From positions 434,001 through 498,000 of the forward strand of contig NW_027361934.1 of assembly GCF_039654945.1 (NCBI RefSeq): a stretch of 64,000 nt of DNA, given 5' to 3'. The translations under genes were made by a program, and so were the position numbers. Positions 28,038-39,631 of the stretch are shown here, one piece after another. Origin of the DNA: Dendrobates tinctorius (taxonomy: Eukaryota). The notes beneath the pieces were generated by a model. That model was not told the origin of the DNA and did not search any database. It saw only the letters and a list, made by a program, of their open reading frames with translations. How positions within the stretch are numbered: position 1 is the stretch's first letter; every line of letters starts with the position of its first letter.

Positions 28038-30428
28038 GCTGTGCTGCAGTCCCAATCTCTGCCAGTCCTTGCAATGTGCAGATTGTGCATGGTCCGGGGA
28101 CGGCGAGGGGTGAAGGGCGCGTCCATCAACACCCGAGCAGCTAGCACCTCCAGAGCCACCTTCTCCACCAGGCTCCACCTGAGAAACTCGAGAGGCAGGA
28201 ATGTAACAATGGCCGGGCTGTGATGAGAAACTGCAAGACGAGAAAAGAAAGGGCCCCCCTGGAACTGGAGGCAGTGAGATGGAAACACAAACCCGGGCTT
28301 TGTACTAAGGGGGGAAAAGGCAAAAAAAAAAGGCCTTATCGGTGGCAGGATGGAGAGGACGCCAAGTGCACACATTCCTGCCTCTCAGCAAGTCACAAAA
28401 GACATAGTGTGCAGGAAAAGCGGGGATGGACTGGAAGAAAGACTACTTCAAGGAATAGGACAGACCCTACTGGGCCACCTGCCAGGCAGTAACACGGGTC
28501 ACCAACCGTGGAGGGTGGCCAGACCCAACCTGGACTGACAGCTGCGGAGATCCGCACCCGACCTCTCCAAGAGGTCAACCTCATACCCATTACAATGTCT
28601 TGAGTACAGGCTTGGACTGGCCCACAGGAGAGAGGGAGAATCCTCTGGTGGGCCGCTGTGCAGGAGTGGTATATGAGCAGCACTTGGCAATATGTACTTG
28701 TATCACTTTGTGCACACAATGACGACATCTTATTTATCTAACAATCTCCCCAGCTCACTGTTATATACACTGCTCAAAAAAATAAAGGGAACACTTAACA
28801 AACAGAATATAACTCCAAGTAAATCAAACTTCTGTGAAATCAAACTGTCCACTTAGGAAACAACACTGATTGACAATCAATTTCACATGCTGTTGTGCAA
28901 ATGGAATAAACAGATGAAAATTGTTGGCAATTATCAAGACACCCTCAATAAAGGAGAGGTTCTGCAGGTGGGGACCACAGACCACATCTTAGTACCAATG
29001 CTTTCTGGCTGATGTTTTTGTCACTTTGAATGTTGGTTGTGCTTTCACACTCGTGGTAGTATGAAACGGACTCTATAACCCACACAAGTGGCTCAGGTAG
29101 TGCAGCTCATCCAGGATGGCACATCAATGCGAGCTGTGGCAAGAAGGTTTGCTGTGTCTGTCAGTGTAGTGTCCAGAGGCTGGGGGCGCTACCAGGAGAC
29201 AGGCCAGTACACCAGGAGACGTGGAGGGGGCTGTAGGAGGGCATCAACCCAGCAGCAGGACCGCTACCTCCGCCTTTGTGCAAGGAGGAACACTGCCAGA
29301 GCCCTGCAAAATGACCTCCAGCAGGCCACAAATGTTCATGTGTCTACACAAATGGTTAGAAACTGACTCCATGAGGAGAGTCTGAGGGCCCAATGTCCAC
29401 AAATGGGGGTTGTGCTCACAGCCCAACACCGTGCAGGACGCTTGGCATTTGCCACAGAGCACCAAGATTGGCAAATTCGTCACTGGTGCCCTGTGTTTTT
29501 CACAGATGAAAGCAGGTTTGCACTGAGCACATGTGACAGACATGACAGAGTCTGGAGACGCTGTGGAGAGCGATCTGCCTGCAACATCCTTCAGCATGAC
29601 CGGTTTGGCAGTGGGTCAGTAATGGTGTGGGGTGGCATTTCTTTGGAGGGCCGCACAGCCCTCCATGTGCTCGCCAGAGGTAGCCTGGCTCCCATTAGGT
29701 ACCGAGATGAGATCCTCAGACCCCTTGTGAGACCATATGCTGGTGCGGTTGGCCCTGGGTTCCTCCTAATGCAGGACAATGCCAGATCTCATGGGACTGG
29801 AGTCTGTCAGCAGTTCCTGCAAGATGAAGGCATTGAAGCTATGGACTGGCCCGCTCATTCCCCAGACCTGAATCCGATTGAGCACATCATGTCTCGCTCC
29901 ATCCACCAACGTCACGTTGCACCAGACTGTCCAGTAGTTGGCGGATGCTTTAGTCCAGGTCTGGGAGGAGATCCCTCAGGAGAACATCCGCAACCTCATC
30001 AAGAGCATGCCCAGGTGTTGTACAGTAGGGAAGTTACACAGGCACGTGGTGGCCACACACACTACTGAGCATCATTTTGACTTGTTTTGACTCCAAATCC
30101 AGGCCTCCACTGGGTAATAAATTTGATTTCCATTGATGATTTTTGTGTGATTTTGTTGTCATCACATTCAACTTTGTACAGAACAAAGTATTCAATGAGA
30201 ATATTTCAGACATTCAGATCTAGGATGCAGGGCTGTGGAGTCGGAGTCGTGGAGTCGGTGCTCATTTTGGTGGAGTCGGAGTTGGTGTCGGTATAAAATG
30301 GTCCGACTCCTAAAATATATAATAAATTGGGTACAGTAGTTCAATGCAGAATATGCTGAATATTTTTTCATAGGAGTTTGGGAAAGTTATGAAATGTCCT
30401 ATAAATGACTGTTCTATTCCTGATCTAA

Positions 30429-30963
30429 GGCTACATTCACACACAGCGTTTTTCCTGCGTATTTTGAGGATACGTTTTTCAGTTGCAAAAGCAGATCAGC
30501 TTTTTAAAAAACCGCATCACCTGAAAGGTTTTTGAGCTCATAGATAATGTTTTCAATAGCAAAAGCAGATTAGAAATCTGCTCTATCTATCTATATATCC
30601 ATTTATCCATATCTGTCTATCCATATCATATCTGTACCAAAAAGAATGAAAGCTGGGTAGCACACAGACTAACACTCCTTTTTTTTTAGCACCAGTCAGG
30701 TACACCTCATAGCTGCCCAAAAGGGCGCCCAGGACAGGCATTGCTCATCTTCAGTAACATCAACATCAATTGATAGTTGGAATAAATAGACTGCATTCAT
30801 CACCACATCTTCTTAAGGTGCAGGCTTTATTTCAAGTGTAGGGGTGTGCAGTATGAGGTTCTGCAGCAGCTGAGGTGTGCAGTATGAAATTCTGCGGAAC
30901 AGTATGAGATTCTGCCCCCCCCCCAGGTTTGATCCTGGCTACGCCCATAGTGTGAATGTAGCC
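30429..30963. mobile_element. Harbinger-like MITE nested in the hAT element
   Basis: TIR GGCTACATTCACAC/GTGTGAATGTAGCC; TAA and TGA flanks. Confidence 0.7.
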
Positions 30964-31000
30964 TGAGGATCTAGGCTTTATCTTAGCCGAGATAAGTAAT

Positions 31001-31036
<36 letters not shown>

Positions 31037-31040
31037 CACA

Positions 31041-32643
31041 CAGTACAGACCAAAAGTTTGGACACACCTTCTCAATCAAAGCGTTTTCATGACTATGAAA
31101 ATTGTAGATTCACTCTGAAGGCATCAAAACTATGAATTAACACATGTGGAATAATGTAATTAACAAAAAAGTGTGAAACAACTGAAAATATGTCTTATAT
31201 TCTAGGTTCTTCAAAGTAGTCACCTTTTGCTTTGATTACTGCTTTGCACACTCTTGGCATTCTCTTGATGAGCTTCAAGAGGTAGTCACCGGAAATGGTT
31301 TTCACTTCACAGGTGTGCCCTGTCAGGTTTAATAAGTGGGATTTCTTGCCTTATAAATGGGGTTGGGACCATCAGTTGTGTTGTGCAGAAGTCTGGTGAA
31401 TACACAGCTGATAGTCCTACTGAATAGACTGTTAGAATTTGTATTATGGCAAGAAAAAAGCAGCTGAGTAAAGAAAAACGAGTGGTCATCATTACTTTAA
31501 GAAATGAAGGTCAGTCAGTCCGAAAAATTGGGAAAACTTTGAAAGTGTCCCCAAGTGCATAGGCAAAAACCATCAAGCGCTACAAAGAAACTGGCTCACA
31601 TGAGGACCGCCCCAGGAAAGGAAGACCAAGAGTCACCTCTGCTGCAGAGGATAAGTTCATCCGAGTCACCAGCCTCAGAAATCGCAGGTTAACAGCAGCT
31701 CAGATTAGAGACCAGGTCAATGCCACAGAGTTCTAGCAGCAGACACATCTCTACAACAACTGTTAAGAGGAGACTTTGTGTAGCAGGCCTTCATGGTAAA
31801 ATAGCTGCTAGGAAACCACTGCTAAGGACAGGCAACAAGCAGAAGAGACTTGCTTGGGCTAAAGAACACAAGGAATGGACATTAGACCAGTGGAAATCTG
31901 TGCTTTGGTCTGAGTCCAAATTTGAGATCTTTGGTTCCAACCACTGTGTCTTTGTGCGACGCAGAAAAGGTGAACGGATGGACTCTACATGCCTGGTTCC
32001 CACAGTGAAGCATGGAGGAGGTGTGATGGTGTGGGGGGGCTTTGCTGGTGACACTGTTGTGGATTTATTCAAAATTGAAGGCATACTGAACCAGCATGGC
32101 TACCACAGCATCTTGCAGCGGAATTCTATTCCATCCGGTTTGTGTTTAGTTGGACCATCATTTATTTTTCAACAGGACAATGGCCTCAAACACACCTCCA
32201 GGCTGTGTAAGGGCTATTTGACCAAGAAGGAGAGTGATGAGGTGCTACGCCAGATGACCTGGCCTCCACAGTCACCAGACCTGAACCCAATCGAGATGGT
32301 TTGGGGTGAGCTGGACCGCAGAGTGAAGGCAAAAGGGCCAACAAGTGCTAAGCATCTCTGGGAACTCCTTCAAGACTGTTGGAAGACCATTTCCGGTGAC
32401 TACCTCTTGAAGCTCATCAAGAGATTGCCAAGAGTGTGCAAAGCAGTAATCAAAGCAAAAGGTGGCTACATTGAATAACCTAGAATATAAGACATATTTT
32501 CAGTTGTTTCACACTTTATATAATTCAACATGTGCTAATTCACAGTTTTGATGCCTTCAGAGTGAATCTACAATTTTCATAGTCATGAAAATAAAGAAAA
32601 CTCTTTGAATGAGAAGGTGTGTCCAAACTTGTGGTCTGTACTG
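31041..32643 (+). mobile_element. Tc1-like DD38E (Intruder-type) transposon, defective, nested in the hAT element
   Basis: Long TIRs CAGTACAGACCAAAAGTTTGGACACACC; ORF 31720-32478 with QQD-x38-E. First catalytic D is missing (LWSESKF) and there is an early stop near 31560. Confidence 0.9.
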
Positions 32644-33536
32644 TATATATGTAATCGATATTATACAGTGTATTACATGTTTACAATTTATTACAGTTTT
32701 TTGTGTTCTACAGTTGTATTCCAATAAATAGATATTATGTTCTATCTAAATATCTTGATTATTGGATCGTAGAAATGATTAAATGTCTGATGTTCACATT
32801 GTACTACAATAAATTTTTCACTTAAATATAAGCAAAATATGTGGGAGTCGGAGTCGTGGAGTCGGTGGAAGGGAAATTGAGGAGTCGGAGTCGCAGGTTT
32901 GGCTTACCGACTCCACAGCCCTGCTAGGATGTGTTATTTGAGTGTCCCCTTTATTTTTTTGAGCAGTGTACATTTGTGATTGAGGATAATGCCACATTTG
33001 CATGTAGCTGATAAGTGGCTCCTGGCGTTGGTTACTGGTGGGCCCTTGGCACCCCACTCTGACACTGTCTTGAGACATAAGTTAAAGCAAATCCTTGTGG
33101 CTGCCCATCGGACCTAATATGACGCTACTTCAGCTTTTCCTAGTCAGTTTGTACCCAAGTGAAGGCCTGTAAAAAAAAAAAAGTCCAAAATTATAAGCCT
33201 ATATTTCCCCTTTTCACATGTAAAGCGCCATGGAATAAATGGCGCTATATAAATGCATAATAATATAAACTCAGAGAAAAGCCGCCCTCATCCCCAAAAG
33301 CAAGGTCAATTTGCTCCTGGTGCACGTAGCAGTATAATGTGTCCTGATTCTCATGCTCGCTAATTTGCCATCCAGTTTTTTAGTTGGAAATTCCTCTTCT
33401 TTAGCATCCTGTCAGCACATTAGGAGCTGGAACTTCATGTTTGTTTCTTCCCAGCATGCATTGCACCTGCCAGTATCCAGGTACTTATGTGTCCTGATAA
33501 AAAACCCCAACTTTCTTATGTCTGTATGCAATTCTA

Positions 33537-33880
33537 CCCACCCCCACTTCCTGTAGATATAGACCCCTCCTCTTCCTGTATAGACCCCCCACTTCCTGGA
33601 GATATAGACCCGCCCCCATTTTTTGTATAGACCCACCCCCACTTCCTGTTGATGAAGAACCGCCCCATTTCCTGTATATAGACATTCCCCCACTTCCTGT
33701 AGAAATAGACCTGCCCCGTCTCTTAGTGATAGACATGCCCCGATTTCCTGTAGATATATAGACCCACCCACTTCCTGTACAGTTATAGCCCCACTTCCCA
33801 TACCTCCCCCACACACTTCCTTTACCTATATACACCCTCCCCCTCTACAGCTATAGACCCACCCCTGTCTTGTAGATATA
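33537..33880. repeat. Degenerate CCCACTTCCTGTAGATATAGA minisatellite; resumes at 35441-35470 after a Tc1
   Basis: Repeated CCCACTTCCTG units; reverse-complement similar to 25180-26150. Confidence 0.75.
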
Positions 33881-35438
33881 CAGTCATGGCCAAAAGTTTA
33901 CAGAATGACACAAATATTATATTTTCACATGATCTGCTGGCCTCTGGTTTTTATGTGTTTGTCAGATGTTTTTATCACATACAGAAATATAATTGCAATC
34001 ATATTATGAGTAACAAAAGGTTATATTGACAGTTAGAATGAGTTAATGCAGCAAGTCAATATTTGCAGTGTTCTTCTTCAGGACCTCAGCAATTCTCCCT
34101 GGCATGCTCTCAATCAACTTCTGGATCAAATCCTGACTGATAGCAGTCCATTCTTGCAAAATCAATGCTTTTATTTTGTCTGAATTTGAAGGTTTTTGTT
34201 TGTCCACCCGTCTCTTGATGATTGACCACAAGTTCTCAATGGGATTAAGATCTGGGGAGTTTCCAGGCCATGGTCCCAAAATCTCTATGTTTTGTTCCCT
34301 GAGCCATTTAGTTATCACCTTTGCTTTATGGCAAGGTGCTCCATCATGTTGAAAAAGGCATTGTTGATCGCCAAACTGCTCTTGGACGGTTGGGAGAAGT
34401 TGCTCTTGGAGGACATTCTGGTACCATTCTTTATTCATGGCTGTGTTTTTAGGCAAGACTGAGAGAGAGCCCATTCCCTTGGCTGAGAAGCAACCCCACA
34501 CATGAATGGTTTCAGGATGCTTGACAGTTGGCATGAGACAAGACTGGTGGTAGTGCTCACCTGGTCTTCTCCGAATAAGCCGTTTTCCAGATGTCCCAAA
34601 CAATCGAAAAGGGGATTCATCAGAAAAAATGACTTTACCCCAGTCCTCAGCAGTCCACTCCCTGTACCTCTTGCAGAATATCAGTCTGTCCATGATGTTT
34701 TTCCTGGAGAGAAGTGGCTTCTTTGCTGCCCTCCTTGAGACCAGGCCTTGCTCCAAGAGTCTCCGCCTCACAGTGCGTGCAGATGCACTCACACCTGCCT
34801 GCTGCCATTCCTGAGCAAGCTCTGCACTGCTGGTAGCCCGATCCCGCAGCTGAAACACTTTTAAGAGACGGTCCTGGCGCTTGCTGGTCTTTCTTGGGCG
34901 CCCTGGAGCCTTTTTGGCAACAAGGGAACCTCTCTCCTTGAAGTTCTTGATGATGCGATAGATTGTTGACTGAGCTGCAATCTTTCTAGCTGCGATACTC
35001 TTCCCTGTTAGGCCATTTTTGTGCAGTGCAATGATGACTGCACGTGTTTCTTTAGAGATAACCATGGTTAACAGAAGAGAAACAATGATGCCAAGCACCA
35101 GCCTCCTTTTAAAGTGTCCAGTGGTGTCATTCTTACTTAATCATGACAGATTGATCTCCAGCCCTGTCCTCATCAACACCCACACCTGTGTTAATGGAGC
35201 AATCACTGAAACGATGTTAGCTGGTCCTTTTAAGGCAGGGCTGCAATGATGTTGAAATGTGTTTTGGGGGATAAAGTTCATTTTCTAGGCAAATATTGAC
35301 TTTGCAAGTAATTGCTGTTAAGCTGATCACTCTTTATAACATTCTGGAGTATATGCAAATTGCCATTAGAAAAAATGAAGCAGTAGACTTTGTAAAAATT
35401 AATATTTGTGTCATTCTCAAAACTTTTGGCCATGACTG
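33881..35438 (-). mobile_element. Tc1-like DD35E (Traveler-type) transposon
   Basis: TA TSD at 33879-33880 and 35439-35440; TIR CAGTCATGGCCAAAAGTTT. Confidence 0.95.
34043..35065 (-). CDS. Near-intact Tc1-family transposase, ~340 aa, DD35E
   Basis: MVISKETRAVIIALH.., GRPRKT, VIFSDESPF, FQHDGAPCH-x-SPDLNPIE with 35 residues between D and E. Only the last residues look frameshifted. Confidence 0.9.
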   Translation of the reverse strand: MVISKETRAVIIALHKNGLTGKSIAARKIAAQSTIYRIIKNFKERGSLVAKKAPGRPRKTSKRQDRLLKVFQLRDRATSSAELAQEWQQAGVSASARTVRRRLLEQGLVSRRAAKKPLLSRKNIMDRLIFCKRYREWTAEDWGKVIFSDESPFRLFGTSGKRLIRRRPGEHYHQSCLMPTVKHPETIHVWGCFSAKGMGSLSVLPKNTAMNKEWYQNVLQEQLLPTVQEQFGDQQCLFQHDGAPCHKAKVITKWLREQNIEILGPWPGNSPDLNPIENLWSIIKRRVDKQKPSNSDKIKALILQEWTAISQDLIQKLIESMPGRIAEVLKKNTANIDLLH

Positions 35439-35809
35439 TAGAGCAGGCCCCACTTCCTGTAGATATAGGTTTCTCTTCTCTGCTACTAAAGGATGACACT
35501 TGACAACAGGCAGTGGACAGCAGGTTGGGAGACACCTGGTAGCTGATGCTCTGTAGTGAGTTTTCAGGGGGATGATAGGATATTTATACATTTATTTGCA
35601 GATTTGTTTATCCTATTATCAAAGATCAGGAAATACAAGGACCAATGATGGAAAGTGATCACTAACCCTTCACCCATCTCCTCTGTCCCATGGTGACACA
35701 TACAGGTGAAGACAGAGGCAGTAGGATGGCGGCTCCTGCAGCCTCAGCAGTGAGAACTACATTTCCTATTACATCCAGCAGAACAGCACATGCACACTCA
35801 TTCAATGCA

Positions 35810-35965
35810 GTCACACAATGCATGCTCACTATATGCACTCACACAATGCATGCTCACTATATGCACACTCACACAATGCATGCTCACTCTATGCACACTC
35901 ACACAATGCATGCTCACTCTATGCACACTCACAGTGCATGCTCACTCCATGCACTCATAATGCAT
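35810..35965. repeat. ~27-bp tandem repeat (ATGCATGCTCACTxTATGCACACTCACACA-like)
   Basis: About five visible tandem copies. Confidence 0.7.
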
Positions 35966-36685
35966 ACCCCAAACTTTAGATGACTGGAGTAAGGAGCTGC
36001 AACTCTTCCTGCTGGCAACATGTGCAAAGTTAGCCCAAACTATTGGAAGAGTTACCAGAGTATTCCAAATCTGACAGGTGTCACCTCTCTGCTTTTTCCG
36101 TAGCTCCTTATTATGGAGGGCGACAAACACCTACACGGCTGCTCTGCATTTTGTCACCCCCTTCTAAATTCAGCAGCAACCATTGCGGAACAGGGATCCC
36201 CAATTCCCCAACAGGTGGAGGACCCCAACCTATCATATATAACCCTTATCGCACTAAGGATGCCCCTTGATGTTCCTCTTCCAAGGCCAGCTAGGTCCGC
36301 CACCGGTCTCCATTCTTTCTGTTTGACCGCTGCATCCAATCACTGGCTATAAGTGACCAAACTGATTGGCTGCAGTGGTCACGTCTACAGTATTTGCAGT
36401 GAGCAGGAAGTATGGGGCGGTCTTTCATCCTAGCTGAAGTCCATTTTTAGTTTTCATCCCTATGGATGTGATGGTCTATAATATCTGTGTAATCCATCCT
36501 TCTTTGAGGGTCTGGTTCCCATCCCCCCCCGCCAAAAAAATGAGCTGAAATCGAACGCAGTTTCTGTAAAATAATTCGATATTTTATAAAATAAATAATA
36601 GGGATATAACTTTTCATTCTATGTAGATTCTGCAGCAGTTAATCGAACCGTGACTTCTGGTAAAAGTATAAGAAATATTGAGCGG

Positions 36686-39631
36686 TCACTGATCAGCCGG
36701 AGACAGGGCCGGAAGCAGATCGGCGACAGAGTCCACGTAGAAGTCTGGGACCAGGGACAGGGAGCCGTTTTCTTGGTGGGACTTTGCTTCCTCCAGGCTG
36801 GAGAATCCGGTCAGGGTCAGGAGTGTTCGGATCCCGCAGGTGGAGCCCATCTGAATGTCTGTGTCCAGGCGATCTCCCACCATCACAGTCCGTGACGGAT
36901 CCAAGCCACATTCTCTGACTACGCAGTCGTAGAGGAAAGAGTTGGGTTTCCCGATGACCTGGGCTTTGCGATGAGCTGCAGTTTCGACTGCACGCACCAT
37001 GCAGCCGGTTCCTGGAAAAAAAAAAAAAAAAAAGGCAACTGATAAAAAGTCTAAGCACTTCTAAAGAAAATAAAAATCAGACGGATCATTTTAGGAGTCC
37101 AGCTAAAAAAGTGAAAGAATGACTCCAATGTATTCAGACTCCGCACCGCGAAGTCTGATGGCTGCAGTGAGATCTCAGCAGGGAGGAGGGGCACTGAGGA
37201 TCTGTCAATCAAGCCAAGGTGGGCGGAGTTTCTGCAGCAGGGAGGAGAGGCACTGAGGAGCTGTCAATCAGGCTAAGGTGGGTGGAGAGTCCGCAACAGG
37301 AAGGAGGTGCACTGAGGAGCTGTCAATCATGCTAAGGTGGGTGGAGATTCTGCAGCAGGGAGGCGGGGCACTGAGGAGCTGTCAATCAAGCCAAGGTGCG
37401 TGGAGTTTCTGCAGCAGGGAGGAGAGGCACTGAGGAGCTGTCAATCATGCTAAGGTGGGTGGAGAGTCTGCAACAGTAAGGAGGTGCACTGAGGAGCTGT
37501 CAATCAGGCTAAGGTGGGTGGAGTTTCTGCAGCATTGAGAGGTACTGAGGAGCTGTCAATCAGGCTAAGCTGGGTGGAGATTCTGCCGCAGGGAGGGGCA
37601 CTGAGGAGCTGTCAATCAGGCTAAGCTGGGTGGAGATTCAGAAGCAGGGAGAAGGGGCACTGAGGAGCTGTCAATCATGCTAAGATGGGTAGAGAGGCAC
37701 TGAGAAGCTGTCAATCAGGTGATGTTGGTCAAGATTAAGCAGGAGGAGGGGCACTGAGCTGTCAGTCAGGCTAACATGGGTGGAGATTCTGCAGCAGGGA
37801 AGAGGGGCACTGAGCTGTCAGTCAGGCTAGTGGGCAGAGATTGAGTTTCACTTGTATAAAGGATCATACAGTTCTGCTTACATGGATTATCACATTAAGC
37901 CAAGATAATGCTGGACGCATATTAGGGACAGCAGACTTCTATCTCGTCCTTTGAAGGTTGCCATCTTGGATGACAAAACCACAACCTAATGGTCAATCTA
38001 GACAAACCGACGGCTCAGTCTCTATTACAGCGCGGTCTACAGGTTGATGGAATCTGCACCAATCCCCATAATTAGATCACCAGATAACAAGCGGGAAAAG
38101 ATCTGCCATGGGCTCCATCTGTCACGCTGGTTTGAGCAAAGAATCTGCACTGACGGATAAATGGACTTCGTCTAAATCGGCCTAAATCTGTAGCGCGCGG
38201 CCGGCTCACAGGGACGGTCCTAGACGACCGGAACATTTACATGAAGATCTAGCCCGGGATGGTGAAAAAATGACTACTGCCATTCCTCCGCAGCGCTGCC
38301 TGGGACTCTCGTCTGCTCCCTCATGACCGCTGCAGTCAGTCAGTGACCTCTGATAGGCGGCAGCGGTCATGTTCCACTGTGATTTTAGTGCAAGTGTGAA
38401 CAAGGTCATGAAGTTTTGCAATAACCAGACACATACAAAGGCCGTTGTGTTTTGTTGCATCACCGGCCACATATAACAAGACGTGAAGTAACGAGCGACG
38501 GTGAGACAACAGCGCCGGACGGGATGGAGACACTTCCTCCTCTGTCACAATCATTCATTTTATTATTTTTTTTGTGGTGAGAAAAAAAATTCTGAAAGTT
38601 TGAATAAACTTTACCCAATTCAACACGGCCCGCTATCTTTTCAGTGGGAAACTAACGACGTCTGAGGTAATTGATGGGAGTTTTTCCATTCAATTGCGGT
38701 CAGTGTCAGTCGGCCATCGTGACGGATGTTTCTATAGCGCCTCGTTTCTAAGGTCTACGTTACCGGGAAAAACCTGTCCTAGTAACCATAGCAACCAATC
38801 CCTGCTCAGTTTTAACAGAAACCTGCCTCAGTTACCCATAGCTACCAATCAAAAAATCAGTGACAAAAGACAACTGTCCTAGTTACTCCATGCAGCCAAT
38901 CAGAACGCAGCTTTCATTCTTTACACTGTTCAGTAAACTGAAAGCTGCGCTCTGATAGGTTGCTATGGGAAACAGGGTCAGTGTTTATATAGGAGGCAGA
39001 GGGGCGTCTGCTTCATTATTCCGGTGAGGTCAGTACCGGGGATGACGCGTCCTCCCTCCAGCGGCAGGCGGGTGTCGGTGTTGGTGGCGATGAACAGGCA
39101 GTCCGGGTCCTGCAGATAGTGGAGCGCCCGCGTCAGTTTCATGTAGCCGAAATGCTCGTCGAAGCCGACCACCACCGCCCGCACCTCCGGGTCCTTCTCC
39201 AGCGCCGCCCAGTCCTTCATCCCGCCGGTCACCGGCTCCGGGCCGCTCCCCACGTGCGGGATCCCCGCCGCCTCCAGCTCCCGGCTCAGCGCCGCGCCGC
39301 CGATCAGGTAGACCTTGCCCTGGAGCCGCGCCTCATCCCGCAGGTACCGGGCCGTGCAGTACGCGGTGCCGAACACCTCCCCCGGCTCCGCGCCGAAGCC
39401 CAGCCGGCCCAGCTTGTCGGCGTACATGGCCCGGGTCTTGGTGCTGTTGTTCGTCAGGTAGAAGACCCGCTTCCCGCTGCTCCGCAGAGCGGTGACCAGC
39501 TCCGGGGCCCCCGGCACCGCCTCGTCCCCCCGCCACAGCACCCCGTCACAGTCAAAGAGCACCGTGTCCACCGAGGCCAGGAGCCGGCGGGACAGCTCCC
39601 CGCTCAGCCGCGAGCACTTGGAGGCCGCCAT
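36686..39631 (-). CDS. PGP: Phosphoglycolate/glycerol-3-phosphate phosphatase (HAD IIA), ~306 aa, 2 exons
   Basis: Exons 39631-39037 and 37011-36686. Motifs [42 protein letters not shown]. Synteny fits. Confidence 0.96.
37175..37845. repeat. ~60-bp minisatellite in the PGP intron
   Basis: Repeated GGCACTGAGGAGCTGTCAATCAGGCTAAGGTGGGTGGAG units. Confidence 0.85.

Larger units (their letters stand above)
30228..32923. mobile_element. Non-autonomous hAT element nested in the Tc1
   Basis: TIR CAGGGCTGTGGAGTCGG/CCGACTCCACAGCCCTG; perfect 8-bp TSD CTAGGATG at 30220-30227 and 32924-32931. Confidence 0.9.
28768..32968 (+). mobile_element. Tc1-like transposon (DD34E, decayed) hosting nested insertions
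   Basis: TA TSD; TIR CACTGCTCAAAAAAATAAAGGG at both ends; transposase remnants 29061-30068 ([21 protein letters not shown]) with stops and frameshifts. Confidence 0.9.

Noticed and set aside
38770-38975. Cluster of X-box-like motifs in the PGP intron
   Set aside because: Arranged as inverted arms of a small repeat (CCATAGCAACCAATC type); probably repeat-derived.
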